Shown here piece by piece: positions 38,686-47,451 of a DNA stretch of 64,000 nt. A program made the translations under genes and the position numbers. The stretch is from the IMG/VR virus record IMGVR_UViG_3300035228_001133, positions 14,402-78,401 of that record. The stretch is one strand, 5' to 3'. The notes under the pieces are model-generated. The model was not told the DNA's origin, made no database searches, and worked only from the letters and a program-made list of their open reading frames with translations. The first letter of the stretch is position 1. Every line of letters begins with the position of its first letter. This DNA comes from a virus.

Positions 38686-39092
38686 TGAAGACTGTATTTG
38701 TAAATGGCACGTTTGATATTTTACATCCTGGACATATAGAACTATTCCGAGTAGCGAGATCTCTGGGTGATCGTGTCATTGTCGCTACAGATAGTGATGT
38801 GAAGATCAAAAAAGATAAAGGTCAAACTAAACCCATAAATGATCTTTGTTATAGAATATCAATGCTTGAATCAATCAAGTATATTGATGCTGTCCACTAT
38901 TTCAACGATCGAAAGGGATTGGAAGATCTTATCCGAGTTTATAAACCAGATATTCTCCTCTTAGGAAATGACTGGGAAAATGGTGATGTTGTTGGAAAAG
39001 ATATTGTCAAAGACGTTAGATTCTTGCCAAGAGTTGGAGATTATTCTTCAAGCTCAATTATTAAAAAAATTCTAATTAATAACTTGGACTGA
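38685..39092 (+). CDS. hldC: Sugar-1-phosphate nucleotidyltransferase (HldC / RfaE domain II-like)
   Basis: VFVNGTFDILHPGH (HIGH-type motif), KGxxKPIN, PDILLLGNDW, YSSSSII. Confidence 0.8.
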   Translation: MKTVFVNGTFDILHPGHIELFRVARSLGDRVIVATDSDVKIKKDKGQTKPINDLCYRISMLESIKYIDAVHYFNDRKGLEDLIRVYKPDILLLGNDWENGDVVGKDIVKDVRFLPRVGDYSSSSIIKKILINNLD

Positions 39093-39868
39093 TGGAATGT
39101 AATATATTAGTTATTGGGGACTCATGTGATGATGAATACATCTATGGAGATTGTTCTAGGTTAAACCCAGAAGGACCTATTCCTGTTCTAGACAAGACAT
39201 GTACAGAAATAACACCTGGAATGGCATCAAATGTCAATGCTAATTTAAAATCTTTTGGTATCAGAACAAATCTGATTACCCAGAAAGAAAAAATTAAAAA
39301 AACACGATTTGTTGATAAGAAAAGTAATTATCAATTACTCAGAGTTGATACTACTCCTGAGGTAACTCCACTAAGTGCTTCTCAAATAAAAATGGCATTT
39401 ATGCATAGTCAATATGATGCACTAGTAATATCAGACTATAATAAAGGTTTTCTTACGGATGAATCATTACGTATTATCTGCACATATTTTAAAGGACCAA
39501 TTTTTATTGACACAAAGAAAACTAGATTATTTCAACAATCTAATGTTTTCTTCAAGATAAACAAAAAAGAATATGATTTACTTGATCGTGAATTTATGCC
39601 TCATGATACTAATTTAATTGTAACTTTAGGATCAAATGGATGTAAGTGGAGTGGTATTCATTTCCTACCAAGAAAAGTTAATGTATTTGATGTATGTGGT
39701 GCTGGTGATACCTTTCTTTCTGCCTTAGTGGTTGAGTTTATTCGCACAAAAAATATGCAGAAGTCTATTGATTTTGCAAATAAAGCAGCTTCTATTTCCG
39801 TAGAAAACTCGGGAACATATAAACTAACTAAAAATGACATTGTAAGAATTTATAATGAACGAGTTTAA
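39092..39868 (+). CDS. hldA: PfkB-family heptose-7-phosphate kinase (HldA / RfaE domain I-like)
   Basis: ILVIGDxxxDxYIYG..RLNPEGPIPV, GMASNV, KTR, ISDYNKG, VFDVCGAGDTF. Confidence 0.85.
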   Translation: MECNILVIGDSCDDEYIYGDCSRLNPEGPIPVLDKTCTEITPGMASNVNANLKSFGIRTNLITQKEKIKKTRFVDKKSNYQLLRVDTTPEVTPLSASQIKMAFMHSQYDALVISDYNKGFLTDESLRIICTYFKGPIFIDTKKTRLFQQSNVFFKINKKEYDLLDREFMPHDTNLIVTLGSNGCKWSGIHFLPRKVNVFDVCGAGDTFLSALVVEFIRTKNMQKSIDFANKAASISVENSGTYKLTKNDIVRIYNERV

Positions 39869-40400
39869 GAAACCCAATCCAGTATTTTGGATGCCTTTTT
39901 TCATAGAAGAAATTGATATTAGTAAATTAGAATTCAAAGAAGAACCAGAATATACTCCAACTTTTATTTCTCGTACTCCAACTACAATGGGGGAAGATGA
40001 ACTTACTCAAGAGTCATACAATTATCTTGGCAGGATTCTTTGGGAGTGTATAGGTCAATATACGGAGAAACCATTTTATATTGGTTCTGTTTGGCGTAAC
40101 AAGTATGTGAAAACAGACTGGCAAGATCCACATATTCATTCTGGAGCTCAATGGAGTTTTGTGATTTATGTGGATGTTGAGGAATCTAAGACTGTTTTTC
40201 TTTCCCCAAGTAGACACAATCAAATGAATCAATGGGGACATCTAGGTCATGCGTTTCCTTTAGACTTTTCTCCAAAAATTTCTCCTGGAAATATTATAAT
40301 TTTCCCATCATTCATTGAACACTTTGTTCCCCCTGGGAATGAAGGCATAACTATATCAGGTAACATTTATTATGATCAGCCTCCTGGAGGACCAGTATGA
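39855..40400 (+). CDS. Putative 2OG-Fe(II) oxygenase
   Basis: WRNKY...QDPHIH...SFVIY...IIFPSFIEHFV...TISGN double-stranded beta-helix pattern. Confidence 0.7.
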   Translation: MNEFKKPNPVFWMPFFIEEIDISKLEFKEEPEYTPTFISRTPTTMGEDELTQESYNYLGRILWECIGQYTEKPFYIGSVWRNKYVKTDWQDPHIHSGAQWSFVIYVDVEESKTVFLSPSRHNQMNQWGHLGHAFPLDFSPKISPGNIIIFPSFIEHFVPPGNEGITISGNIYYDQPPGGPV

Positions 40401-41515
40401 AGCAAGTTGGATTTCACTTATCCCATAACTCCTCAGTATCAGTTCTTTCTGAAGATGGGGACATTGAACTTTTCCTGGAAGAAGAAAGATTGTCTAGATT
40501 AAAATATGATAACGATCCATTTCATGCATGTAACATGGTTCTTGGTGGACTTACCATGGATGAGATTGAAAAATATGAAGTAGCAACATCTGCATTAATA
40601 TCTAAAGACAAGCTGGGAGTAAGTACATTAGATCGTAGTAGTGATATGTTAATGATGTATGTTTCTAAATCATTAAAACTTCTACCACATGAACAAAACT
40701 CTTTTAAGTATGAAATAGTCAAAGAAAAATTTGAAAAGTTTTTTGATCATCACTTATTTCATGCTTATTGTGGATTCTATAATTCTGGATTTGATGATGC
40801 AGTTGTAGTTGTGGTTGATGGTATGGGAAACTTCATTTCTCCTGCAGAAGATAGGCATGAGGTTGTTTCCATATTCGATGCATCTTATCCATGTAATATG
40901 AATTTTTTAGGAGGGATGTCTACACCCTCTTATGATAGTTGTGATGAATCTGAACATAAAGGTGAGTGGACATGTGGAATTGGTATGATATACTCCGCAG
41001 TATCCTCATATATGGGTTTTGGTGGACTTGGGGCTGGAAAAGTAATGGGTCTTGCTTCATACGGTAAAGAAGATCCCAATATTAGATCTTTCCTTTCTGA
41101 TGGATTTAATGTAGATTCAAATCTTTTTTATAGGTCTAAGTATGGATGTAATTTTATTCCATATGATTACTTACCTCATCATAGAGAAGCTGAAAATACT
41201 AAGAATCACTTTGAAAAATTATCTAACCTTGCTTGGAGACTTCAAGAAGATTTTCAGACTCATATGTTAAAAATTTTATTGGACGCTCTTGCAATATCGA
41301 AACGTAAAAATATTATTTTAACTGGTGGATGTGCATTAAACTGTTCTGCAAATTATTGGTATTTGGATAAGTTGCCAAAAGATGTTAAACTATATGTGGA
41401 ACCTATTAGTAGTGATGCTGGAATTAGTATTGGACTATCTAAGGTTCAACATTATTCCCAAACTGGTTCCATGAAAAAATATCCACTTAAAAACTTATAC
41501 TTGGGCCCCGAATGA
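40397..41515 (+). CDS. Carbamoyltransferase N-terminal (Kae1-like transfer) domain only
   Basis: HNSS, EEERLSRLK, HHLFHA, VVDGMG, AGKVMGLA, GGCALNC, SDAGISIG; ends at LYLGP with no YrdC-like domain. Confidence 0.85.
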   Translation: MKQVGFHLSHNSSVSVLSEDGDIELFLEEERLSRLKYDNDPFHACNMVLGGLTMDEIEKYEVATSALISKDKLGVSTLDRSSDMLMMYVSKSLKLLPHEQNSFKYEIVKEKFEKFFDHHLFHAYCGFYNSGFDDAVVVVVDGMGNFISPAEDRHEVVSIFDASYPCNMNFLGGMSTPSYDSCDESEHKGEWTCGIGMIYSAVSSYMGFGGLGAGKVMGLASYGKEDPNIRSFLSDGFNVDSNLFYRSKYGCNFIPYDYLPHHREAENTKNHFEKLSNLAWRLQEDFQTHMLKILLDALAISKRKNIILTGGCALNCSANYWYLDKLPKDVKLYVEPISSDAGISIGLSKVQHYSQTGSMKKYPLKNLYLGPE

Positions 41516-41838
41516 GATATAATGTAGATATAGATGGCACTATTTGTATTCCTGGAAAAGGAGAAGGCAGATATATTGAAGCTGTGCCTATTACAGAAAG
41601 GATCTCTAAAATAAATGATCTATATATTAAAGGACATCAAATAATCTACCATACCGCTAGAGGTATGGGTACATTTAATAATGATCGAGAACAAGCTAAG
41701 GAAAAGTATTACGACTTCACTCACAAACAACTGTTGGAATGGGGATGTATGTTTCACGATCTTTTCTTAGGAAAACCTTCAGCTGACTATTACATTGACG
41801 ACAAAGGAGTAAGTGCCCATGAATTCTTCGATACCTAG
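41512..41838 (+). CDS. Small HAD-superfamily phosphatase
   Basis: VDIDGTIC (DxD), HTARG, GKPSADYYIDDK. Confidence 0.8.
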   Translation: MRYNVDIDGTICIPGKGEGRYIEAVPITERISKINDLYIKGHQIIYHTARGMGTFNNDREQAKEKYYDFTHKQLLEWGCMFHDLFLGKPSADYYIDDKGVSAHEFFDT

Positions 41839-42193
41839 AGCAGCAGAACCAATTAAGTTCGTGTCCAAAGGATGGGGATATGAAAAATGGATAGTTAACT
41901 CAGAACAATATTGTGGAAAACTCCTCTTCATTGCAAAGGGGAAACAATGTTCTTGGCATTTTCATAAAAAGAAAGACGAAGTTTTTTACGTTCAAAGTGG
42001 AAAAATTAAAATCTACTATGGGTGGGATGACAATATTGAAGTCGCTAATGTATCTGTACTAGAAACTGGAGATAAGTTTCATGTTCCTATTGGAATGAAA
42101 CATAGAATGTATGGTCTTTCTGATACTGAATTATTTGAATTTAGCACAGAACATTTTGATGAAGATAGTAATAGAATTAAACCTGGAGATTGA
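41819..42193 (+). CDS. Cupin-fold sugar isomerase-like protein
   Basis: KGWGYEKWI, SWHFHKKKDE.F, GMKHRM, EFSTEHFDED. The AAGGAG RBS favours the ATG at 41819. Confidence 0.75.
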   Translation: MNSSIPRAAEPIKFVSKGWGYEKWIVNSEQYCGKLLFIAKGKQCSWHFHKKKDEVFYVQSGKIKIYYGWDDNIEVANVSVLETGDKFHVPIGMKHRMYGLSDTELFEFSTEHFDEDSNRIKPGD

Positions 42194-42798
42194 TGAAAGC
42201 TGAAAAAATAACAGATCTAATTGTAGTTTTAAAAAATCATATCCCAGACGAAACCTGTGATGAAATATTGGAATGGTTTAAATCGAACAAACATCTCCAA
42301 TCCGATGGAGTAGTTTATAATACTACTGAAGGAAAAGTCCCTGGACCTACTGTTAATAAAGATTTTAAAAATGCCATTCAAACTCTTGTTCCCCCAGAAG
42401 CATCAATATCCGATAAAATGACAGATATTACTATATCTGCACTTAGGGAAGCGAGTTCTAGATATCCAATCCCACCAGATAGCATAACACTGAATGATTA
42501 TTGTGTTAGAGTTTATCCAAAGGATGAGGGTATATTTAAGTTACATGTTGATCAACATGCATTTGGTACAGTAAATAGGTTATTTGCTTGCATCATGTAT
42601 CTCAATGATGTTGAGGAGGGCGGAGAAACAGAATTTCCAGATTGGAATGTATCAGTAAGACCAGAGAAGGGAAAAGTACTACTATTTCCATGCAATTATT
42701 TGTTTAGACATAAGGGAAATGTTCCCATTTCGGAAGAAAAATATATCGCTACAAATTTTATTAACTTTATGATACAAGATATTCCTCCAGTGTCTTGA
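42193..42798 (+). CDS. 2OG-Fe(II) oxygenase (prolyl-4-hydroxylase-like)
   Basis: FKLHVD (HxD), YLNDVEEGGETEF, LLFP...HKG, EKY. Confidence 0.85.
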   Translation: MKAEKITDLIVVLKNHIPDETCDEILEWFKSNKHLQSDGVVYNTTEGKVPGPTVNKDFKNAIQTLVPPEASISDKMTDITISALREASSRYPIPPDSITLNDYCVRVYPKDEGIFKLHVDQHAFGTVNRLFACIMYLNDVEEGGETEFPDWNVSVRPEKGKVLLFPCNYLFRHKGNVPISEEKYIATNFINFMIQDIPPVS

Positions 42799-43570
42799 GT
42801 CTATAGTTTAACCATTCCATATCTGCACAGGTATAATCTTGATACTTACCTTTTAGGTGATCGGGGAAAGGAATCATTTCGATTTCTCCCCCTTCTTTTT
42901 TAGCAACTAATTCTGCAACTCTCTGGAATGACATTGGTTTGCCAGTTCCAATATCATAGATTCCACTGGGAGCGTCATTATTCAGGACAATATTGACTAC
43001 ATCATTTACACATACAAAGTCCCGATAAAACTTATCCGATCCTTCAAACAATTTAAGTTTTCCCGTCTCTCTGATCTGTTTGGTAAATTTAGATACGGGA
43101 CTAGCTTGATCTCCTTTATGATCCTCTCCCGTTCCATATACATTGAAATATCTAAATCCTTGAATGCTCTCAAACCGATCTAGATTGTCCAATACATAAT
43201 AATCTATGATCAATTTGGAAATTGCATACTGATTCAAAGGATTTATCTTTCTACATTCTTTAGTTTGATTCCCATACACAGATGCAGAAGATGCGTACTT
43301 TACAGGAATTTTGTGTTCAATTGCGTGTGAAAGCAAATGAGCAGTAAAAGATTGATTGTAATGTGCAATCTTTACCCAGTTTTTTTCTGTTGTAGATGAG
43401 ATTGCTCCATTATGAATTATTAGATCTACATTTTCCCATCCGTTAAATTTAGACAGAAATTTCCATGCGTTATCTATATCAATTCCAATAACATCATGTT
43501 CTCCTTCAGTTTCAAAATAGTTCTGAAAATGGGATCCAATAAACCCCTTATATCCAGTAATTAAAATCAT
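42767..43570 (-). CDS. hldD: ADP-L-glycero-D-manno-heptose 6-epimerase-like extended SDR
   Basis: ILITGYKGFIGS, HNGAISSTTE, YASSASVYG, PLNQYAISK (YxxxK), GFRYFNVYG.GEDHKG, RDFV, IPFPDHLKGKYQDYTCAD. Confidence 0.88.
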   Translation of the reverse strand: MILITGYKGFIGSHFQNYFETEGEHDVIGIDIDNAWKFLSKFNGWENVDLIIHNGAISSTTEKNWVKIAHYNQSFTAHLLSHAIEHKIPVKYASSASVYGNQTKECRKINPLNQYAISKLIIDYYVLDNLDRFESIQGFRYFNVYGTGEDHKGDQASPVSKFTKQIRETGKLKLFEGSDKFYRDFVCVNDVVNIVLNNDAPSGIYDIGTGKPMSFQRVAELVAKKEGGEIEMIPFPDHLKGKYQDYTCADMEWLNYRLKTLEEYLVS

Positions 43571-44283
43571 CAGTATAATATCGTTGGAATAGGTAGAAAT
43601 AATGATTGAGCGAGTCTATACTTACCAACCGTTTGATCAAAATGACCTGGATGTTGATATACACCATGAAGAAAATTGTCTGGATATACAATTAATCTAT
43701 TGTATTTCATTTCTGCTAAGTGAACAAGTTCCCAAGGACCAACACTATCTCTTACGATGTCCTCTTTCCAGATCCCAGATTGGTCTATATCAACACAACT
43801 CATTCCCTTATAAGTATAAAATCCAGTGCCACCATGACATTCTTCTGGCGTGTTTAAATAAATTACACCTGCCCAACCTTTAATTAAATTTTTACTATCT
43901 ATAGGAGAATCTATGTGTGGAATTGTATTCTGAGCTTCTGCAGTTACATTTACCGAGAATGTAAGTTGTTTGCATCCACAGATAAATCGTTCTTCTTCAT
44001 CTTTTGACAATCCATAAACTGATTTGGCTATGTCAATCCAGATTGGAACTAAATGATCAAGATCAAAATTTGCGCTAACTCTACCACCTGGCACTCCTCC
44101 ACAAATTCTTCGATTTAAAGTTGCAGGAATTCTTAGAGCCAAATCTCGAACCATATCGGGATTTTTATAGAAATTATCAATGTATACGATTGGCTTTTCT
44201 TCCCATCCCATTAACTCTACTCTTGCATCCAATTCATCATTGACTGCAAACGTTTCGATTTCATCTATTAAGTACTTTTCCAT
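43570..44283 (-). CDS. 2OG-Fe(II) oxygenase-like protein (DUF6445-type), paralog of 35009..35641
   Basis: IDNFYKNPDMVR, PHID, WAGVIYLN...GGTGFY, EMKYNR, LHG, YRLAQ. Confidence 0.75.
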   Translation of the reverse strand: MEKYLIDEIETFAVNDELDARVELMGWEEKPIVYIDNFYKNPDMVRDLALRIPATLNRRICGGVPGGRVSANFDLDHLVPIWIDIAKSVYGLSKDEEERFICGCKQLTFSVNVTAEAQNTIPHIDSPIDSKNLIKGWAGVIYLNTPEECHGGTGFYTYKGMSCVDIDQSGIWKEDIVRDSVGPWELVHLAEMKYNRLIVYPDNFLHGVYQHPGHFDQTVGKYRLAQSLFLPIPTILY

Positions 44284-44287
44284 GAGA

Positions 44288-44295
44288 TATAAATA
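44288..44295 (+). promoter_or_regulatory. Late promoter TATAAATA for gp13
   Basis: Exact consensus in the 38-bp divergent gap. Confidence 0.85.
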
Positions 44296-44321
44296 TGTTG
44301 AGAACCCTATGATTATTAGGA

Positions 44322-45140
44322 ATGGCTAAGCCCTCCAGTAGAGAAGAATTGAAGCAATATTGCCTCAGGAAACTCGGAAAGCCAGTATTGGAAGTCAATG
44401 TCGATGATGATCAAATCGAAGACTTGATTGACGATGCAGTCCAATTATACCACGAAAGACATGGGGAGGGAATAGATAGAGTGTTCCTAAAGCATAAACT
44501 GACCAAAGAAGAAAGAACTGCTATGGTTGGAGTTGCTCAAACAACAACTGTTACTGATACTTTTGGCGGGATTTCTTCTGCAGATTATACAGAACAAGCT
44601 AACTACCTCCCATTACCAGACACTATTATTGGAGTTAATAAGATATTTAAAATGGACTCATCCACCTTATCGGCGGGGATGTTCAATATAAAATATCAAC
44701 TCTTCCTTAATGATTTATACTACTACGGCGCAATAGATTTATTGAATTATAGTCAAACAAAATCATACTTGGAGACTATAGACTATCTACTTAATCCAGA
44801 TGTTCAAATAAGATTTAACAAAAAGAACGGTAGATTGTATATGGATATAAATCTAAAAGAACTCACGGAAGATCATTTTCTAATATTAGATTGTTATAGA
44901 GTTGTAGATCCAGAAAGTGAAACTGCTGTATATAATGATTTATGGATTAAAAGATATACAACATCCCTAATTAAAAGACAATGGGGACAAAACCTTATTA
45001 AGTTTCAAGGAGTTAAACTTCCTGGCGGACTTGAGATGAACGGTAGACAACTGTTTGATGACGCTCAACGAGAGTTGGAAGATCATGAACAAAAGTTGAT
45101 GACCGAATATGCCATGCCACCTTTAGACATTATAGGATAA
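44322..45140 (+). CDS. gp13: Neck protein gp13
   Basis: LRKLGKPVLEVNVDDDQIED, KRQWGQNLIKFQGVKLPGG, MPPLDIIG. Confidence 0.93.
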   Translation: MAKPSSREELKQYCLRKLGKPVLEVNVDDDQIEDLIDDAVQLYHERHGEGIDRVFLKHKLTKEERTAMVGVAQTTTVTDTFGGISSADYTEQANYLPLPDTIIGVNKIFKMDSSTLSAGMFNIKYQLFLNDLYYYGAIDLLNYSQTKSYLETIDYLLNPDVQIRFNKKNGRLYMDINLKELTEDHFLILDCYRVVDPESETAVYNDLWIKRYTTSLIKRQWGQNLIKFQGVKLPGGLEMNGRQLFDDAQRELEDHEQKLMTEYAMPPLDIIG

Positions 45141-47431
45141 TGCCCCTAAATCCATTTTTCCTTCACGGTTCACCAAGCGAACAGAGATTGGTTCAGGACT
45201 TGGTTAACGAACATCTAAAAATGTTCGGTCAGGATGTCTTGTACATGCCTAGGAGGATTGTTAATGAGCAAACAGTTATTAAAGAAATAACTGCATCTAG
45301 GTTCGATGATAGTTTTAGACTTGAAGCTTACTTGGTTAACTTTGATGGATTTGGAAGTCCATCCGAAATTCTATCAAAATTTGGAGTTAGATCACAAGAC
45401 GAGATACAATTAGTCATATCCAAAGAAAGATATGATGATTTTATATCTCCTCTATTGAAGTTGTGGCCAGAAGATGAAATTAAAGTTGCAACTAGGCCTC
45501 AGGAAGGTGACTTAATATATTTGCCACTAGATAATGCATTATTTGAAATTAAGTTTGTAGAAACAAAAGTTCCTTTCTATCAACTTAATGATCTATACAT
45601 GTATGAATTGAGGTGTGAGATATTTGAATATGAAGATGAGATCATCGATCTTCCAGATACTCTTGCTGGTGTCAACGGTGATGAAGTTATGGAACCCATA
45701 TCTATGGGTGGTCAAGTACTATCTCTTCAGTTGGCCAAGGATACTTATAGTAATGCAACTGCATCAGTGTCTCTTGCATCTACAATCTTTGGAACAAAGT
45801 CCGTACAATATATTCAATTATTCAACGATGGTAATTATAAAGCAACACCATCAGTATATGTTTCAAAACCAACCAGAGGAAATCAATCTACTGGTATTGC
45901 AACTGCGGTCAATGGTCGTGTAAAAACAGCAACCATAGATTTTGCTGGAACAAATTACATTCAAATTCCTCAAGTAACCTTTACTCCACCAAATAGAACA
46001 GTTGCAACACAAACTAAGTTTGGCAATAATTCACTATATCATAGTACTGCTCAGGATACAGAAACATCTAAATTTGAGTTTGTATCTAATATCGACTCAA
46101 GAGATACTGAAGATGGGAGATTGTCTTTGAGTATGTGGTTTTATCCAACTACCTTTGAACCAAATCCATCTTATGGCGGAGTTATTTTATGGTCCGATAG
46201 AATCAAATTATATCATAGAGAATCTGGTACGGTAGTATTTGCTTCTGGATCAACTGCTATTGAAAATCCAAATCCTCTTACACTGAATGCATGGAACTTC
46301 ATTAGAATAGAACAACATGGTTCTAATGCCAAACTCTGTGTGAATGGCAATCCTGGATCTGAGTATAGTAATGCAGACCCAATCATGTTCTTTGCGAGCA
46401 ACCAATTACATTATGGTGCAGATGCTTCTGGTCTAGGTAAACTAGACACAATCAATGATGGATATATTGGATATCTGGATCATGTGACTCTTAATATTAC
46501 TGGGGATACTTCTTTCAGAACTGCTAGTGAAGCTCTTATTCCAACAACAACATCAGAACAAGAAATAGATACACCGACATCTAAGACATCTCAGTTCGTT
46601 GAGAACCTGAATAATGAATATCCAGAAGTGTATGCCTCTCTTAATGCTGATAGAGAAGTATCTGGACTACAAATTGTTTATGGTGGTAGTGGATATGTTT
46701 CCAGTCCATTGATGACTATTGAGAAACCAGATCTTGGTCAACAGGCAACTGCAGTTGCTATTATGACCAGTAGGACTGGTGTTTCTAATTACGCTATTGA
46801 TAGAGTTCTAGTAATCAATCCAGGAACTGGATATACTACACCTCCAGATATTACTTTCAGTAGAGGTAAACCAACATCGGTTGCTATTGCTACCGCAATA
46901 GTTTCAACTGGTGTTTTGGGACCAGTAACAATTGATGCAGGTGGATTCGGATATGGATTCACCCCAACAGTTGGAGTTACATCAGTATTCATTCCACAGT
47001 CCAGTAATACCTCAGATCTAATTAAAAACGCACAGGCAGAATCAGTTGTAAGTACTGGATCTAGTGTCTTTCAAATTAGATTCTCTAATGCAGGAACTGG
47101 TTACACTGCGGTTTCTCCATTAGTAGATATTCAAGAAGTTGTAAATCCATTCTTTGGCGATTTCTTAATTGGAGAATCTGTGAGAGGAGTTTCTAGTGGC
47201 ACAAGCGCACTTGTTGCTTCTTGGGATTCTGGTAATAGAATCTTAAAACTTGGCAATGTAACTGGAGATTTCCAGTATGGAGAAACGATCGTTGGTGCTG
47301 CAGCAAGTTATACTGTGGCTACTGCCAATTCTAATTTTGAAAACAATGAGTTTGCTTCCAATGATGATATCGAATTTGAAGCAGATAGCATCATTGATTT
47401 TACAGAAAGAAATCCTTTTGGGGAAGTCTAA
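45140..47431 (+). CDS. gp14: Neck protein gp14 with long C-terminal extension including a LamG-like domain
   Basis: EQRLVQDLVNE, LSKFG, RPQEGDLIY, PFYQL, C-terminal DFTERNPFG. Confidence 0.9.
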   Translation: MPLNPFFLHGSPSEQRLVQDLVNEHLKMFGQDVLYMPRRIVNEQTVIKEITASRFDDSFRLEAYLVNFDGFGSPSEILSKFGVRSQDEIQLVISKERYDDFISPLLKLWPEDEIKVATRPQEGDLIYLPLDNALFEIKFVETKVPFYQLNDLYMYELRCEIFEYEDEIIDLPDTLAGVNGDEVMEPISMGGQVLSLQLAKDTYSNATASVSLASTIFGTKSVQYIQLFNDGNYKATPSVYVSKPTRGNQSTGIATAVNGRVKTATIDFAGTNYIQIPQVTFTPPNRTVATQTKFGNNSLYHSTAQDTETSKFEFVSNIDSRDTEDGRLSLSMWFYPTTFEPNPSYGGVILWSDRIKLYHRESGTVVFASGSTAIENPNPLTLNAWNFIRIEQHGSNAKLCVNGNPGSEYSNADPIMFFASNQLHYGADASGLGKLDTINDGYIGYLDHVTLNITGDTSFRTASEALIPTTTSEQEIDTPTSKTSQFVENLNNEYPEVYASLNADREVSGLQIVYGGSGYVSSPLMTIEKPDLGQQATAVAIMTSRTGVSNYAIDRVLVINPGTGYTTPPDITFSRGKPTSVAIATAIVSTGVLGPVTIDAGGFGYGFTPTVGVTSVFIPQSSNTSDLIKNAQAESVVSTGSSVFQIRFSNAGTGYTAVSPLVDIQEVVNPFFGDFLIGESVRGVSSGTSALVASWDSGNRILKLGNVTGDFQYGETIVGAAASYTVATANSNFENNEFASNDDIEFEADSIIDFTERNPFGEV

Positions 47432-47434
47432 ATA
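47428..47434 (+). promoter_or_regulatory. Late promoter CTAAATA overlapping the gp14 stop
   Basis: 17 bp before the gp15 ATG. Confidence 0.65.
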
Positions 47435-47451
47435 ATTAAAAATACTGTATC

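Noticed and set aside
40397-41515. Pseudogene of a carbamoyltransferase
   Set aside because: Intact motifs, clean end at the domain boundary and translational coupling on both sides.
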